A model generated the notes under the pieces. It was given only the letters and a program-made list of their open reading frames with translations. It ran no database searches and was not told where the DNA came from. A stretch of DNA of 64,000 bases from the human T2T-CHM13v2.0 reference genome, Homo sapiens. The stretch lies in assembly GCF_009914755.1 (NCBI RefSeq), contig NC_060926.1. The stretch is one strand, 5' to 3'. A program made the translations under genes and the position numbers. Shown here one piece after another: positions 13,569 through 27,161 of this stretch. Numbering within the stretch: the stretch's first letter is position 1; every line of letters starts with the position of its first letter.

Positions 13569-14875
13569 TGGAATAGCTTTCATTTATGAGTCTTTGTAAC
13601 ACTTCTAGAAAGATAAGAACTTATATGATGACACTGACAAATCAAAAGCTTCTGTTAACACATCTATATGTATAAACAACTTCATGTAAAAAGATATGTT
13701 GTGCAAAAATGTCCAAAACATCTAGCAATTGTGGAGGCTCCAGAATTGCCAAATGGATGAGCATAGATATGTCCAGCTGGCTGAAAGGTGGTGGCTAGCA
13801 CACTTCAGATTTGTCTTTTCATAGAAAGCTTGATATTTTTGCAAGGATGATATATTTATTTGGAGGGCAAATTAAGACCAGGGGCTAAGGAAACTCTCGG
13901 AAGTAAATCCGTCCTTCCTCTCCCCCATCAAGACAAACCTCTCTACCACTATTAGTGTTCAAAGATTCTGCCTAAAGGGATTGAAGATAAGAGACAAGAC
14001 AGGCAAGTTTGTCTAGTTGTGCGAAATTTACCAGACTTACACTGATTAAACAAGTTTCTGCTCTCTTTGACATTTTATTTCATCCTTTAGGTCATTTCAA
14101 TTTTCATGTGCCAGTATACCTCAGTTTCAGTCAGTTTCTTAGAACCTAAGATTTGATATCCTTTATGCAAAATCTGTCTTCAGATATGTGTGCATATTTG
14201 GAATTTAGTATTTACTTTTTAATTAGAATTTTACCTGTCATAAAAAATAAAAGTTCTGTTTGTGACAAGCTTAGTATTAATGTAGACACTCAAGAGTTTT
14301 TTTGAACTAAGTTGTTTAAGAGAGCTGATAATATGGGATTCTTAGACCCTAGGTTTTTCTGGTTCTCATGGTCTTTTTTATTAGTTTCATCAGTATTTGT
14401 TATTTGTATGTAGATTAGCAGCCTTTTAGTGTCTATAAAGATTTAGAATCAGTAAACTACTTGCCATATAATGATAAAATATTCTGATCTACTTGAGTAA
14501 AAGTCTTTTTATATTTTAACAGGATCATTTTTCCTGTTTTTCTGCTTATTTTGTAAATAAAGATGTTAATTTCAGTGTTTTATACTAGCTCAAAGTGTTT
14601 AAAAAATAAAATAGAACGCTGCGTATTCTTCACAAATATTATTAATAAATTAGAACATGATGTGATTACAAAAACTAATGACACATATTTCTATATATCA
14701 TTATAAAACCATGTCCATATTATATAGTGAATAGTTCAAAAATTGAGTTGAAAACTGAGCATTTAAAATTATATTTTTTGTTAAATATATATGACACACA
14801 CACATATATATATAATTATGCATGCTTAGAATAGAATCTGGAAGGAAACACACACATCAAACTGTTATTAATTAA

Positions 14876-15077
14876 AACTAATGTTTGTTGAATACCTACT
14901 ATATTCCAGGCTCTGTTCTAAGTGCTTTGTATTTACTATTTTATGTAATTCCACAGCAATCTTATAAACTATTATTATTATCTTCATTGTGTAGGTATTA
15001 TACATGAAACCAAATTACAGAGAGATGAAATAACTTGCCAGTGACACCTGGTTATTGAACACTAGCTGAGATGTGAC
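14876..15077 (-). mobile_element. MIR SINE
   Basis: tttgttgaatacctactatattccaggctctgttctaagtgcttt...acagagagatgaaataacttgcc. Confidence 0.8.
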
Positions 15078-15637
15078 TATTTAGAGGACTCTTACCTCTA
15101 CTTTGATCATAGTTTATGCTAGGATTTTTAATACCTAGTATGTATTACTTTTATAATTATGAAAAAGAGGAAATGTATACTTCATTTGGGGACAAAAAGA
15201 TTCCCCAAAAGAGGAAACCAGTCACAGACAACTGGCTGCAATGTATCTGACATGATTATTTAAAATGTAGGAGAATGGACATTTGAAAATCCATCTTACT
15301 GAGTCTTTAAAATCCATTCCTTTTTAACATAAATTCAAATTTAATCTCAAAATCCTCACACAAATAGGTGAGTAAAACAATCTTTTTTGTCTTCACATAT
15401 AGATTTCATCTTTTCTGAAGAATGGACTTCCACAGTAAATTGCAAAAACAAATGGAAATATGTCTACATTTTAAAACTACTTTATAGAATTTTAAAACCA
15501 CACAGCATTACTATGAGGAAACTACTAAAGGATTTAGTTTAAAAATTATGCTGGTCTCAGTCAAATTTTATTAATGGATTCACAGGAAGGAATGAAAGAC
15601 AATTACATTTGGAAAAGTCTTGCAGCAGATCAGTTGG

Positions 15638-16225
15638 TGTTCTGGTTGTCTGTTGCTGTGTAACAAACCACCTCAACACTTAGTGGCTCAAAGCAACAAT
15701 TTGTGATTATCTCACATGGCTCCATAGGTAAATTCTGAGCTGGGTGGTTCCAGCTTAGATTCCTCCATGTTGTTGCAATTAGATTTTGGTTTTGGCTGCT
15801 GTCATCTGAAGGCTGACTTCGGAAATTCAAGACGGTGCACTCATATGGCTGGCTGCCATAGCTGGCTGATGATGGGGGTATCAGCCAGCAATATGAACTG
15901 GAATGTTTACTTGTGCCTTCTCCAAGTGGCTTGAGCTTTTCAGAGAATGATGCCTAAGTTTCTAGAAGAAGCATCCAAAAATGGGCGTTCAATTGCAAAC
16001 TTTCCAAGAGGCAGGAAGCATAAGCTATTGGGCCAATTAAGGTTGAAGCTTACAACCAGCACAGCATCACTTCTTCCATATTCTATTGGTCAATGAGTCC
16101 ACAGGGTCCACTCATATTCAAGGACACAGAGAAACAGATTTCCCTTCTTGATGGAGCAGTGGCAAAAGATGGGAGATGGTGGGAGATATTGTTGCAGCTG
16201 TCTTTGGAAAATGCAACTGGCTGCA
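15638..16225 (-). mobile_element. MaLR LTR, MLT1H/G-like
   Basis: tgttgctgtgtaacaaaccacctcaacacttagtggctcaaagcaacaa; acagcatcacttcttccatattctattggtcaa; gcagctgtctttggaaaat. Confidence 0.85.
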
Positions 16226-16329
16226 GCTGATTAAAAAGCAACTTTCCCCTAGTCTTTGCAAAACATATTTGATGAAAACAATATATGATGTCATTAACAG
16301 GGAAAGGCTAAATTTATGAATATTATGAA

Positions 16330-16408
16330 TATAATAATCACTATCACTTGGGAAGAGATGACCTGGTCGCCACAGGTGATATCTCCCCAAGTGATAGTGA
16401 TTATTATA
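16330..16408. repeat. 79-nt inverted repeat / hairpin (23-bp perfect outer stem, 10/13 inner stem, 7-nt loop)
   Basis: tataataatcactatcacttggg (16330-16352) is the exact reverse complement of cccaagtgatagtgattattata (16386-16408). Confidence 0.95.
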
Positions 16409-16796
16409 AACAATGCGGAATACGCTACTTTACACTTCTGAAAGTCTATTTTTCTGTCTCGGTTACTCTTTTATTTGATAGTTGCTGATTAAAGAACAGA
16501 GGTATGCAGAATAAAGATAAAGGTAAGCAGTAAAAGAGTGAATCCACAGAGAGAAATTGCTAGTGTAATTATACGACAAGTTTGCTGATAATTTCTGTTA
16601 ATCTTCAAAGTTAATAAAAGAGGGAAGATAATCCTTTCTATATAAGTGTGGTAATGTAATACATCTGTGTACCGTGCAATTTCTAAAGCCCTTTTCCATA
16701 TATTACCTGCTTTGAGCTTACATAAAACATCTTATAGGTCAGAAAACTAAGGAATAAGTCAGTTATGTGACATCCATACAGTCAGATAGATAGTAA

Positions 16797-17131
<335 letters not shown>

Positions 17132-17249
17132 AGGCTCTTTCTTTTGCATTTTCTCAATGGCTTTTTTTTTTTTTTTTTTTTTTGCCGAAACTGTTTTAAG
17201 AAGAAATGAAGAAAAAATGAGAACCTGCAGTATGTAGGAATGGAAGCTA

Positions 17250-17365
17250 GATATGTGATTTGGGGTAAGTTACATGACCTTTTAACCTGGAAAAGAAGTA
17301 ACATGGTGATGGTAATAATGGTGCTCACCATGTTTAATTGTTGGGAATATTAAATGAGACAGTAT
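17250..17365 (+). mobile_element. MIR fragment between the two Alus
   Basis: tgtgatttggggtaagttacatgacct...ttgttgggaatattaaatgaga. Confidence 0.55.
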
Positions 17366-17456
17366 AATACAATCAAAGAGGGTGTTTGATAGGAGTTATT
17401 TCATACTCCTTCTTTGGCATTATTACTATTATTATTACATTAAAAAGACAATATGG

Positions 17457-17810
<354 letters not shown>

Positions 17811-19385
17811 TCAATGTAAATGATAAAAATTGCTACAGTGTTTTTAGGCAGAATTCATCAAATTCAGATTCTTCAATTAACAGATGTAGAATCTGAGGCC
17901 AGAGAGTTTGAGAAACTATACTCCAGAATAATAGATAATTTCTAAAGAACTCTTAATTACAAGGCCAGGTTCAAAGAGCTCTTATCAAAGAATTCTAATA
18001 AATCATGCAGAGAAAAAACAGTGTGAGAGTCAGCTGCGATCAGTAACAGCAAGATTAGTGATAAAGGTGTTAAATTATGCCAGAAACTGCCTCAAATGAC
18101 CTCAAGGTCTACTATTAATCCTAGTACCAATATTATTATTTGCAAAACAGTTTTATTTTAGAAAGCTTAAAAGCAAGGGCTTCCTTAGTTTACCATTTCT
18201 ATGACTTCAAAACATGCAAACAAGACACCCATGATCATTTTATATTATCTCCAAGTTCCCTAATTGGTTCTTTTGATCATTACCCTTATCACACTTCATT
18301 GTAACCTCTTCACAACTTAAGCTGAAGATGTGAATATAGAATGTAACAAGAAAAGAGCTGAGACCAGTGAAATGATATCTCACATTGATGGGGTAAGGTG
18401 GTCCACAAAAATGTGTCTGGATGAACTATATACCTGAGCTATAGTTGTATCTATGTGAACACTGGAAAGAGAGAGGAGGTGGCTGTGTGCCTGAAGTATG
18501 TTTGTCACAGATATTTAATAGATGGAGTTCTGAATTATGTGAGCACAGTTTACAATGTATAGCTGTATCACAAAAATTTACTGGGTAACAAAACGGGGTA
18601 GAACATGTTCTCATTTTTAGAAACTAACAACCACAGTGGGCATTCGTATTAGTTTTCCAAAATATTTATTTGCTGACATATAAACTTGACCTATATGTTT
18701 GTCTGTGATGAAGCTGTCTCTCTTTGGTGATAAACTTCGAAAAGTAGAGAGGATGCCAACTGCAAGAATAATTCTTGCGTGGCAACTAGCCAGAACATCA
18801 TGTTCCCAGAATTCAATGAAGTAAATGTCAAATTGCATTGCCACAAAATTTATTAACCGAGGAAACAAGTTTTTCCTCTGTGTCTGGAAGTTATATTTCT
18901 GAAGCATTTTTCTGCCGTTTCAAATTTTTTTCCTGAATGTAAGGCTCTGGACTTAGAGATGTCTGTGCTAAAAAGCTCTTCTTACCTCCTGGCAAGTGGC
19001 TAACTTCTAACTGTAACATCAGAACAGGAGCAAAAGTATCACACCATCCTAGACTCAAGGACATTTCAGAGGAGAGGAAAGTCCGTGGCTGACAGGGAAG
19101 AGCCCACTTAGCTAGGCTGGGGACAGCTGGACATCAGAGCAAGTAGGTGGGTGGCTAGCATCCAGGGTTAAAAAGGGAACAGAGGGACAGAAGATAATGT
19201 ATCATGCCCAATTCTGTGTCTATTTTGTGTGTAAAAGGCTATGTGCAATAGTCAAGGTTAAAAGTTTTATGTCTTTGAATGAGTGATGCCAGTCAAGTAT
19301 GAAAATGAATTAGATAATTTTTAGAACCTATAGTTTTAATGTCTCTATCATTCTTCAGATGCTGAAATTGAAGGAGCACCAGATC

Positions 19386-19421
19386 AAACTGATGTGCTTT
19401 CATAAACTGATGTGCTTTCAT
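19386..19421. repeat. Perfect 18-bp tandem duplication
   Basis: aaactgatgtgctttcat x2. Confidence 0.95.
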
Positions 19422-20028
19422 GAACTGTATATTCAAAATAAATATAATTTTATTACTACAAATACTTGCGATTTAAAAGTATTGCAGAGTTACAGAAAAT
19501 TAATGGGGTTGCAATCAAATTCTTTAAAAGGTGACTCTTTAGCCAATGGCTTCTTCCATAATTCACTCTTCTTGAAATAACAAAGTATGAAGGCCATTTT
19601 CCCAGTATGTTAGTGTCCACAAGGGTGTCTGATGTCAAAATGGAATTATTCTTATATGGAACTATAGTAGTTAGACAGCTTCATATTGAAAATACAGAAA
19701 TGAAATAACCTTTTTTTTTTTTACTATCTGGAAATGTTGTTTTTACTGACTGTTGGATTTTATAGTATGAAAAATTTTGCTCAGTAGATTTCTCTGAAAT
19801 CTGAAATTTTTGTTTATATTCTATCAAGATCATAATTATGTATCTAATTTATATTGAACATTCATGATGCATATGCTCCTTTTTTTCCTTTAAACTCTTT
19901 TCTTTCTTTATCTATTTTGCTGTGGCTGTTGCTTTTGCTATGAAGCAGTCGTAGTTGCTGTTGTTGCTGAAAAGAATCGACATTTCATTTTCTTTAAACC
20001 AGTTTTTTAAGTGAAAATGTAAACTTTC

Positions 20029-20871
20029 TAGTAGAATAATTTATAATCCTTTGGGTATATACCCAGGAATGGGATTGCTGGGTCAAATGGTATTTCTAGT
20101 TCTAGATTCTTGAGGAATCGCCACACTGTCTTCCACAATGGTTGAACTAATTCACACTCCCACCAACAGTGTAAAAGCATTCCTATTTCTCCACATCCTC
20201 TCCAGCATCTCTTGTTTCCTGACTTTTTAATGATTGCCATTCTAGCTGGCATGAGATGGTATCTATTGTGGTTTTGATTTGGATTTCTCTAATGACCAGT
20301 GATGATGAGCTTTTTTTCATATGTTCGTTGGTTGCATAAATGTCTTCTTTTGAGAAGTGTCTGTTCATATCCTTTGCCCACTTTCCGATGGCATTCTACT
20401 ATAAAGACACATGCACACGTATGTTTACTGCAGCATTGTTCACAGTAGCAAAGACTTGGAACCAACCCAAATGCCCATCAGTGATAGACCGAATAAAGAA
20501 AATGTGGCATATATACACCATGGAATACTATGCAGCCATAAAAAGGATGAGTTTGTGTCCTTTGCAGGGACATGGATGACACTGGAAACCATCCTTGTCA
20601 GCAAACTAACACAAGAACAGAAAACCAAACACCACATGTTCTCACTCATGAGTGGGAGTCGATCAATGAGAACACATGGACACAGGGAGGGGATCATCAC
20701 ACACCGGGGCCTGTTGGGTGGTCGGGGGCTAGGGGACGGATAGCATTAGGAGAAATACCTAATGAAGATGACGGGTTGATGGGTGCAGCAAACCACCATG
20801 GCACATGTATACCTATGTAACAAACCTGCATGTTCTGCATATGTACCCCATAACTTAAAGTATAATTTTAA
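20029..20871 (+). mobile_element. L1PA7/8-like, 5'-truncated with 5' inversion (20029-20391 antisense; 20392-20871 sense)
   Basis: ORF2 C-terminal peptides on both strands (CWRGCGEIG on -, YKDTCTRMF on +); TSD aaaatgtaaactttc (20014-20028) / aaaaagtaaactttc (20872-20886). Confidence 0.95.
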
Positions 20872-21809
20872 AAAAAGTAAACTTTCCCTTTGTTTTGCAA
20901 GATACAAATTTCACATCACTTTTTAATAAAAATTGATGGTTGATGTATAATATGAATGATTTTTATTAAAATGGTGTTCATACATAATTTAAAAGTTAGG
21001 TAATTGAGACAGGCTTTAGTTGTAAGGATGTGGGCTTGACGGCTCCTTCTGTCTGTGTATATGCCACTGTGAACACTGTGCAGATCCCTAATATGGAGGT
21101 TGGGCATCCTGTGTCCTGTTCTGAACTAGTTGCACCGTGGCTTTGGGGTGAGTCCAAGATGCTGTAGCAAAAGTAAAGTATAAGAGAGTAGATATTCTTG
21201 CTGTTGACCGCTCAGGTAAAAGTACTCGGTCCTTAGCTCAGACGACTGAGCATGGGAGGTGAACTTGCCTCTCACTGGGTCCTGCTCACTTGGACCTGGG
21301 CTTTGAGGAAGCTGAGGGTGTTGACAGGAGGTAGGAGAAGGGTGGCTTCCACCAAAGAGAAGCAGCTTGCCAGTCAATAAAGCGATGGAATCTTGCAAAC
21401 CAGCTCTTCAATGTCTGTTACTTTCTTTGTCTTGCCCATCTTGCTATTCCTGGGCTTTTAGAAAGGTGTGGTTTAAATGATCTAGCATAAACTCATTCCT
21501 TCTAGAATCCATCTTTTGTATTGGGTGCCACACTTGCGTCCCATAGCCCAGTGTGAAAGTGGCAGTTACAGGAAAGAAGAATGCTTGCTCTGATGGAGAA
21601 CCTATCACTTTTGCCATAGTTCGAGGATGAGGGTAGGATATTGGTCTTTCTTCAAACCATCTCTTAGCTGACTCAGAAACACAGGGTCACTTTTCATAGG
21701 GTAATTATTTTTGACACTTGTAATTTAAGCACTGCCACTAAGTGAAAGATGGCACATTCACTGAGTTTAAATGTGCAGTGATAAGTACCTCCCAGGCAAG
21801 GACAATGGC

Positions 21810-21980
21810 CAAGGGCTTGAGTTTGAGCTCTGCCATCTACTAACTGAGGAAATCTGCTTTCTTCATCTGACTACTCAATTAATTCTAACTCCCTTGTTGG
21901 GGGTTTTCAGCATGAAATCATATAATGGCTTATACAAGAGCACTAGACACATAGATCGTACCATTTAGTAAGCAGCAACT
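21810..21980 (+). mobile_element. MIR fragment
   Basis: ttgagtttgagctctgccatctactaactg...tttcttcatctg...gagcactagacacatag. Confidence 0.55.
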
Positions 21981-24489
21981 GATAAGGGTTTTAAGATAAG
22001 CAAGCAGTTACATTTTAATTACTTTACCTTGTATTGTATTTCTTGATTAACACAATATAGGAATTTACATACACATACACACACAGAGGCACACACATCC
22101 TTCTCAGTGGTGGTTTTGCTTGCATGGCTTAGAACACAAAGTGATTATTCTTTTTCTAGCTTATAATAATCTAGAGTGAAAGGGTGCAAGCCTATCAGAT
22201 AAAGAATGCCTTTGCAAATATTCAATTTCTTGTGTTGTGACCTTGAATTGTCAAATATGACTACTTACCTACTAATCTTTAAAAATAGAAGTGAAAACTG
22301 AGCTCAAAATTTACAAAGTGTAAACTAAGAAAACTAACACAGCATGTTGGCTGTTGGGTGAAAGCATGTAATTAGTTCTAAAATGAAATCCTACTAGATA
22401 TTAAGAAGTGACTTCATGGCATTGTCTCCTTTTAGGTATAGACAGCATCTAAATCTGACAATCTGTCATCTTACAAAGAACATTAATTTCTAGTTCTTTC
22501 TCTTTCTCCTTAGCATTTCCTTGCACCTGGTGTGTACAGCAATGATTTATTGTGGCGTTATTTAAGAAATATATTTTCCCAATAAAACTCACAGCTCTTC
22601 TTCTCAGGGGCTTAAAAAGTTGTTATCTACAATAATGTCTTCATTGGTCATTCATTCTTTAATAGCAATAAACGGGTACAATTCAAAATTATTTTCTTTC
22701 AAACCTTAAAATATATGTATTTCATTTTTTTCTGTATGCTTCTCCCCACATACAGTTTACTTTAGAAAACTTCTTACCACATATAATTATTTTTTTAAGT
22801 CACTAAATATGTTGCTCCTTTGATCCTGTTTTTCCATCTCTATTTCCACCCCTCCATTAATATTTATTATTAAAAAAATCTCCTGCTAGAATCCCTGGAT
22901 AGCACGGTTAGGACCTGTATTTCTTCTGTCTGATTTATAGATATGACCCAGAGAGTTTAAATGACTTGACAAAGGTTAAGAAACCAGGCAGAGATTTCAC
23001 AGGTCGCTGAGTCCCAGTTAAAAGCGTTAGCGTAGACCTTGAAAGGGAATGTTACATTTGCAGAATTCTTCTCAATGAATCTTCTTACCTCTGTCAACGT
23101 AAAGCAAGCCACATCCCCCTGAGGAAATTGGGGTCCAGAGAGGTGAAAGATACTTCACTAACCCCTAAAATTGCTTATATAATTGATCTGTTCTGCTTTT
23201 CTTTCTTGGGAAACCTTGGGAAGACTCTCTGTGGTAAATTTAGAGACATTTATACAGGTTATTTTCCCTTATTATTTTCCCACATTGCAGAACATTTTAT
23301 GCATGACCTTGACCACTAATTCTTTGTAACATCAAGGATGAGAAGGATTATTGGTTTAGGATTAAGGAGGTACAACATAATATTTTTGCATCTGTAAAAT
23401 TACTACATGGTTCTACCTCTAAAGTTCATTAAAGGCTAGATCCGCATTCTGTTCACTTTTAGCATATTCCTGTCACTATATCTTCTTCTGCATCAAACTG
23501 CTTATTTCACATTTCATGAACTTGGAAAATCATAATTTTTTATAGTCTCTCCAAAACCCCACTTGGTTAAAAATAACTCTAATGTTGGGCTAGACATGTT
23601 ATTGGGAGCCATTTTTATATTTAAAGGCTAATTCAGCTCAGAGATGGATTAGTAATGGTATATCCCCTTAACCTCCAAAGTAATTTGTTTTTATGTTTTC
23701 AGGTTGGACTCATGCCCTCACTATTAATATTTCATACCAACAAGTAGGGGCTTCAATATGTCTATCTGCTGGGCTGGCAAAATGCCTGCTACTGAGTCTG
23801 AATATTGTCCCTAGGAAGGAGTAATTATTTTCAACCTTCTTCAGTTGCCATGGTATGCCTTTTTCTTCCCCATATAGGTATTTTTTACACAACATTTAGA
23901 CTTGATTAACATAAAATATTTATTTCCTGATCATCACTTGTTTGGCAACAATGCAAATACAGTATTTTGCTTGAGGAAAAAAAACGTTTCTAGTCCTAGG
24001 AAAATCTCCATTTACGTAAGTTAGATAACATAATCTATTTAAATAAATTCTAATTATTTAGTATATACTCTTACTGGAACATATATTTTACACATAAATA
24101 TTGGGCAAATTAGGGGCATACAAAAATATCTAGATAAGAAGTACCAAAGGATGACAGTTTTTACTGAATGGTAAAATAAGATGGAAAGAAAAAGTCAGCA
24201 TTATTTTTCTGTATGAAAGATCTCAAAATGTCCCATTAAATAGTCACTTGTTGAATGGTGCTTAGTTATCCTGATGCTATAAAATGAAGACTTGTTTCCA
24301 TCGTTAAATACATACAAGGACATTGTGAGTCTGATGTCAGCTCTTGGTCTCCCAAGATTATTTATACGGTTTATTGATTTATAAACTATTTATAAACTTT
24401 ATTTATAAAGTTTCACCATCTGAAAAATTTTCCTGATATATTTTGAGAGCAAGTTAGTGGCTAGGAATGTACTAACAACTTGGTATAAG

Positions 24490-24670
24490 TGTGCTTGCAT
24501 TCAAATATTAACTTTACTTTGAAGTATGTGACCTTGGACAAATTACTGACCCTTTGTTTTTTCATCCATAAAACACAATGATGACAAAGGGGTTTTCTGT
24601 GAAGATAAAGAGTATAATAGCTATAAGGTACTTTGTATGCTAAATACTTAATAAATATGAACATATTATT
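24490..24670 (+). mobile_element. MIR SINE
   Basis: tgtgaccttggacaaattactgaccc...ttcatccataaaa...tacttaataaatat. Confidence 0.7.
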
Positions 24671-25229
24671 TTATGTTTTAAGATATCTTACAAGTTCCTT
24701 TCATCTATCTGGGAACCATGACCTGCCACTTTAATGCTCATAGTGGGGGACTGAAAGTTTTCAAAAGATATTCACCTAAGAGGCCGCTGCCTTTTGGGGA
24801 ATCTACCAGCACCAACCCTTTCCTCCTCCTCAAAAAAAAGCATCTGTTGTTTATTATTCTGTGCTTCTCCTTTCCATCATCATTCATGGAGTTTACCAGC
24901 CTCATAGCCAAGACACTTACCTGGGCTTAACATCTTTTATAAAATCTGTTTTTGTGTAAAGCATGGTCGCTTTTCAATCCAATATTATTTGGGGATAGCA
25001 TAATATTTTGGGACTCGCAAGTGTTCAATAAATGCTTTGTAACCATGTACAGCTCATTTATTTATAACAATGTTAGAATGAGACTGAGCTCACAGACTCA
25101 GTTCCATGTGGTCTATCCTGCAATCACAAACTACCTGCTTAAATCAAGTGAGTTGTCTTGAAAATATGATCATTAAGTGCAAGAGGGAAAAATAAAAGAT
25201 AGTCAATTTACCATCTCATGTAGACAACA

Positions 25230-25600
25230 TTTATTCATTGATTCATTATTCATTTAATCAGAAAACACTTATTAAGTACCTAATAAAGACCACATTTATT
25301 AAGTACCCAGTAAAGACCAGGTAGTTTTTGCTTGAAGCTACAAAGACAAGACAGAGTAATTGCCATTGTAGGGCTTCCATTCTGACATTCTGATTAGCAA
25401 AGGTTATGGTCAGGTAGAGATCAAGATTTGTAAATAGCTAAATATCAGATTTTTGTATCAGCAGCTATGAGAAAATTATATACTGAACACAGGAGTATCC
25501 AAAGGAAAAGTGAAACCATTCCACCTGGATGGGTGATTGTCAGTCGAGCCTAGTCTTAAAAAAATAGTAGGATTTGATCAGCTGGGTGGGATGGAAGGAT
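25230..25600 (-). mobile_element. L2 3' end, containing a 27-bp tandem duplication (25265-25318)
   Basis: (attc)n tail then aaacacttattaagtacc; acacttattaagtacctaataaagacc / acatttattaagtacccagtaaagacc (24/27). Confidence 0.6.
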
Positions 25601-26259
25601 TCATGTATTCAAAGGATAAAGTCTATTAATACATGACAACAGTGCAATTTTTCACTGAAGAAAGGCAGGCCTGTTAGTATACCTGTATATGGCATGAACT
25701 CAACACATACAAGAAAATAAGACAACTGAAAAAGTAAGAAGATATCATTGTTGAGTTTTCTCCAAAGACAATATTGGAATAAATATGAATATGGTCATTA
25801 TTTAGCAGAAAGAAGATGATAATTATAAAATGATCACTTTAGTAGATATGATATTCCAACATAACTCTTTATACTCTATCTTCTAAATGACCCTCTAATA
25901 AAAAATCAAAATTTACAAAGCATTAAGAACAAAAGAGATCCCTCTTTTTTACTCTCTTTTCTTCCTGCCTTCCTTTCAGAAAATAACAGTCCAAAAGCCA
26001 TTTGGTGAGGCTAACAAGGTAAACACTCATACGAAATTGGGGGTTGGAGTTGAGTAAAAGTGAGAATAGCGGATGTTACCACTATCATACATGTTGATTT
26101 TCTGTACCCTTGCTAGGAAGTGTGCTTCATGGGTGGCAAGTCATTTTCAATTTGCATTTTTCCCCCCACAGTAAAAAAGCAAGTATGGCTTCAGTAGAGC
26201 ATCCAAGTGATTATGGCAGGAAATGATATAAAAGCATATACCTTATATGTTTTGTATAT

Positions 26260-26393
26260 TGATTTGTATTGTTTATCTTTCTTTTCTAGACTGCAGGCTT
26301 TATAAGAGTACTTTTTCCCTGTTTTATTCACTGGCTAGAATAGTGCCTGGCACACAGTAAGTGCTCAATAAATAATTTTCAAATAACAAGAAT
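26260..26393 (+). mobile_element. L2a 3' end
   Basis: ctagactgcaggcttta...ctagaatagtgcctggcacacagtaagtgctcaataaata. Confidence 0.8.
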
Positions 26394-26460
26394 AATTTGG
26401 ATAATACAAATGTATGTATGAAACAATGAGTAATTTATTTTAAGACCTTAAAGGTGTTAA

Positions 26461-27161
26461 ATACACCACATAACAATGTTTCCATCAATGAAAGACTATA
26501 TGTAGGATGGTGGTCCCATAAGATTATAATACCATATTTTTAATGCACATTTTCTATGTTTAGATAGACAAATACTTACCATTGTTTTACAATTACATAC
26601 AGTATGCAGAAGATGTATTAGTCCATTCTCACGTTGCTAATAAAGACATACCTGAGCCTGGGTAATTTATAAATTAAAAAGTTTTAATTGACTCACAGTT
26701 CAGCATGGCCTCAGGAAACTTAACAATCATGGTGGAAAGTGGAGCAAACATGTCCTTCTTCACATGGCAGCAGAAGAAGGAATGAATGCAAGCAGAGAAA
26801 ATGCCAGACTCTCATAAAGCCATCAGATCCTGTGTGACTCACTCACTATCACGAGAACAACATGGGGGGAACCACCCCCATGATTCAATTAGCTCCCCCA
26901 GGGTCCCTCCCTTGACACATAGAGATTATGGGATTACAATTCAAGATGAGATTTGGGTACAGACATAAAGCCAAACCATATCAGTAGAGTAACATGCTGT
27001 ACAGGTTTGTAATGTAAGAGCGACACCATACAGCTTAGGTGTATAGTAGGCTGTACCTTCTAGATTTGTGTAAGTATACTCTGCAATATTTGCATTTGGA
27101 TGAAATCACCTAATGACACATTTCTCAGAAAATATCCTCATAATTAAGCAATGTGTGACTG
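26461..27161. mobile_element. Tigger3a (MER7-type TcMar MITE) split by an LTR insertion
   Basis: ggtggtcccataagattataat; taggtgtatagtaggct; terminal acatttctcagaa...ttaagcaatgtgtgactg followed by TA. Confidence 0.85.
26614..26983 (-). mobile_element. THE1D/MSTA-like solo LTR nested in Tigger3a
   Basis: tgtattagtcc...gccaaaccatatca termini; 5-bp TSD gaaga/gtaga. Confidence 0.92.

Noticed and set aside
17300-17334. 10-bp inverted repeat aacatggtga / tcaccatgtt, and similar short IRs (e.g. 45717-45736)
   Set aside because: Too short to exceed chance expectation in 64 kb of AT-rich DNA.
21126-21440. 90-aa minus-strand ORF, and a + strand AATAAA (21376-21381) with a downstream T/GT-rich tract
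   Set aside because: No recognisable homology or exon structure, and an isolated polyA hexamer is common in AT-rich DNA.
25265-25318. Direct repeats (here and at 19386) as a CRISPR-like array
   Set aside because: Only two adjacent units with no spacers, in a eukaryotic context. These are simple tandem duplications.
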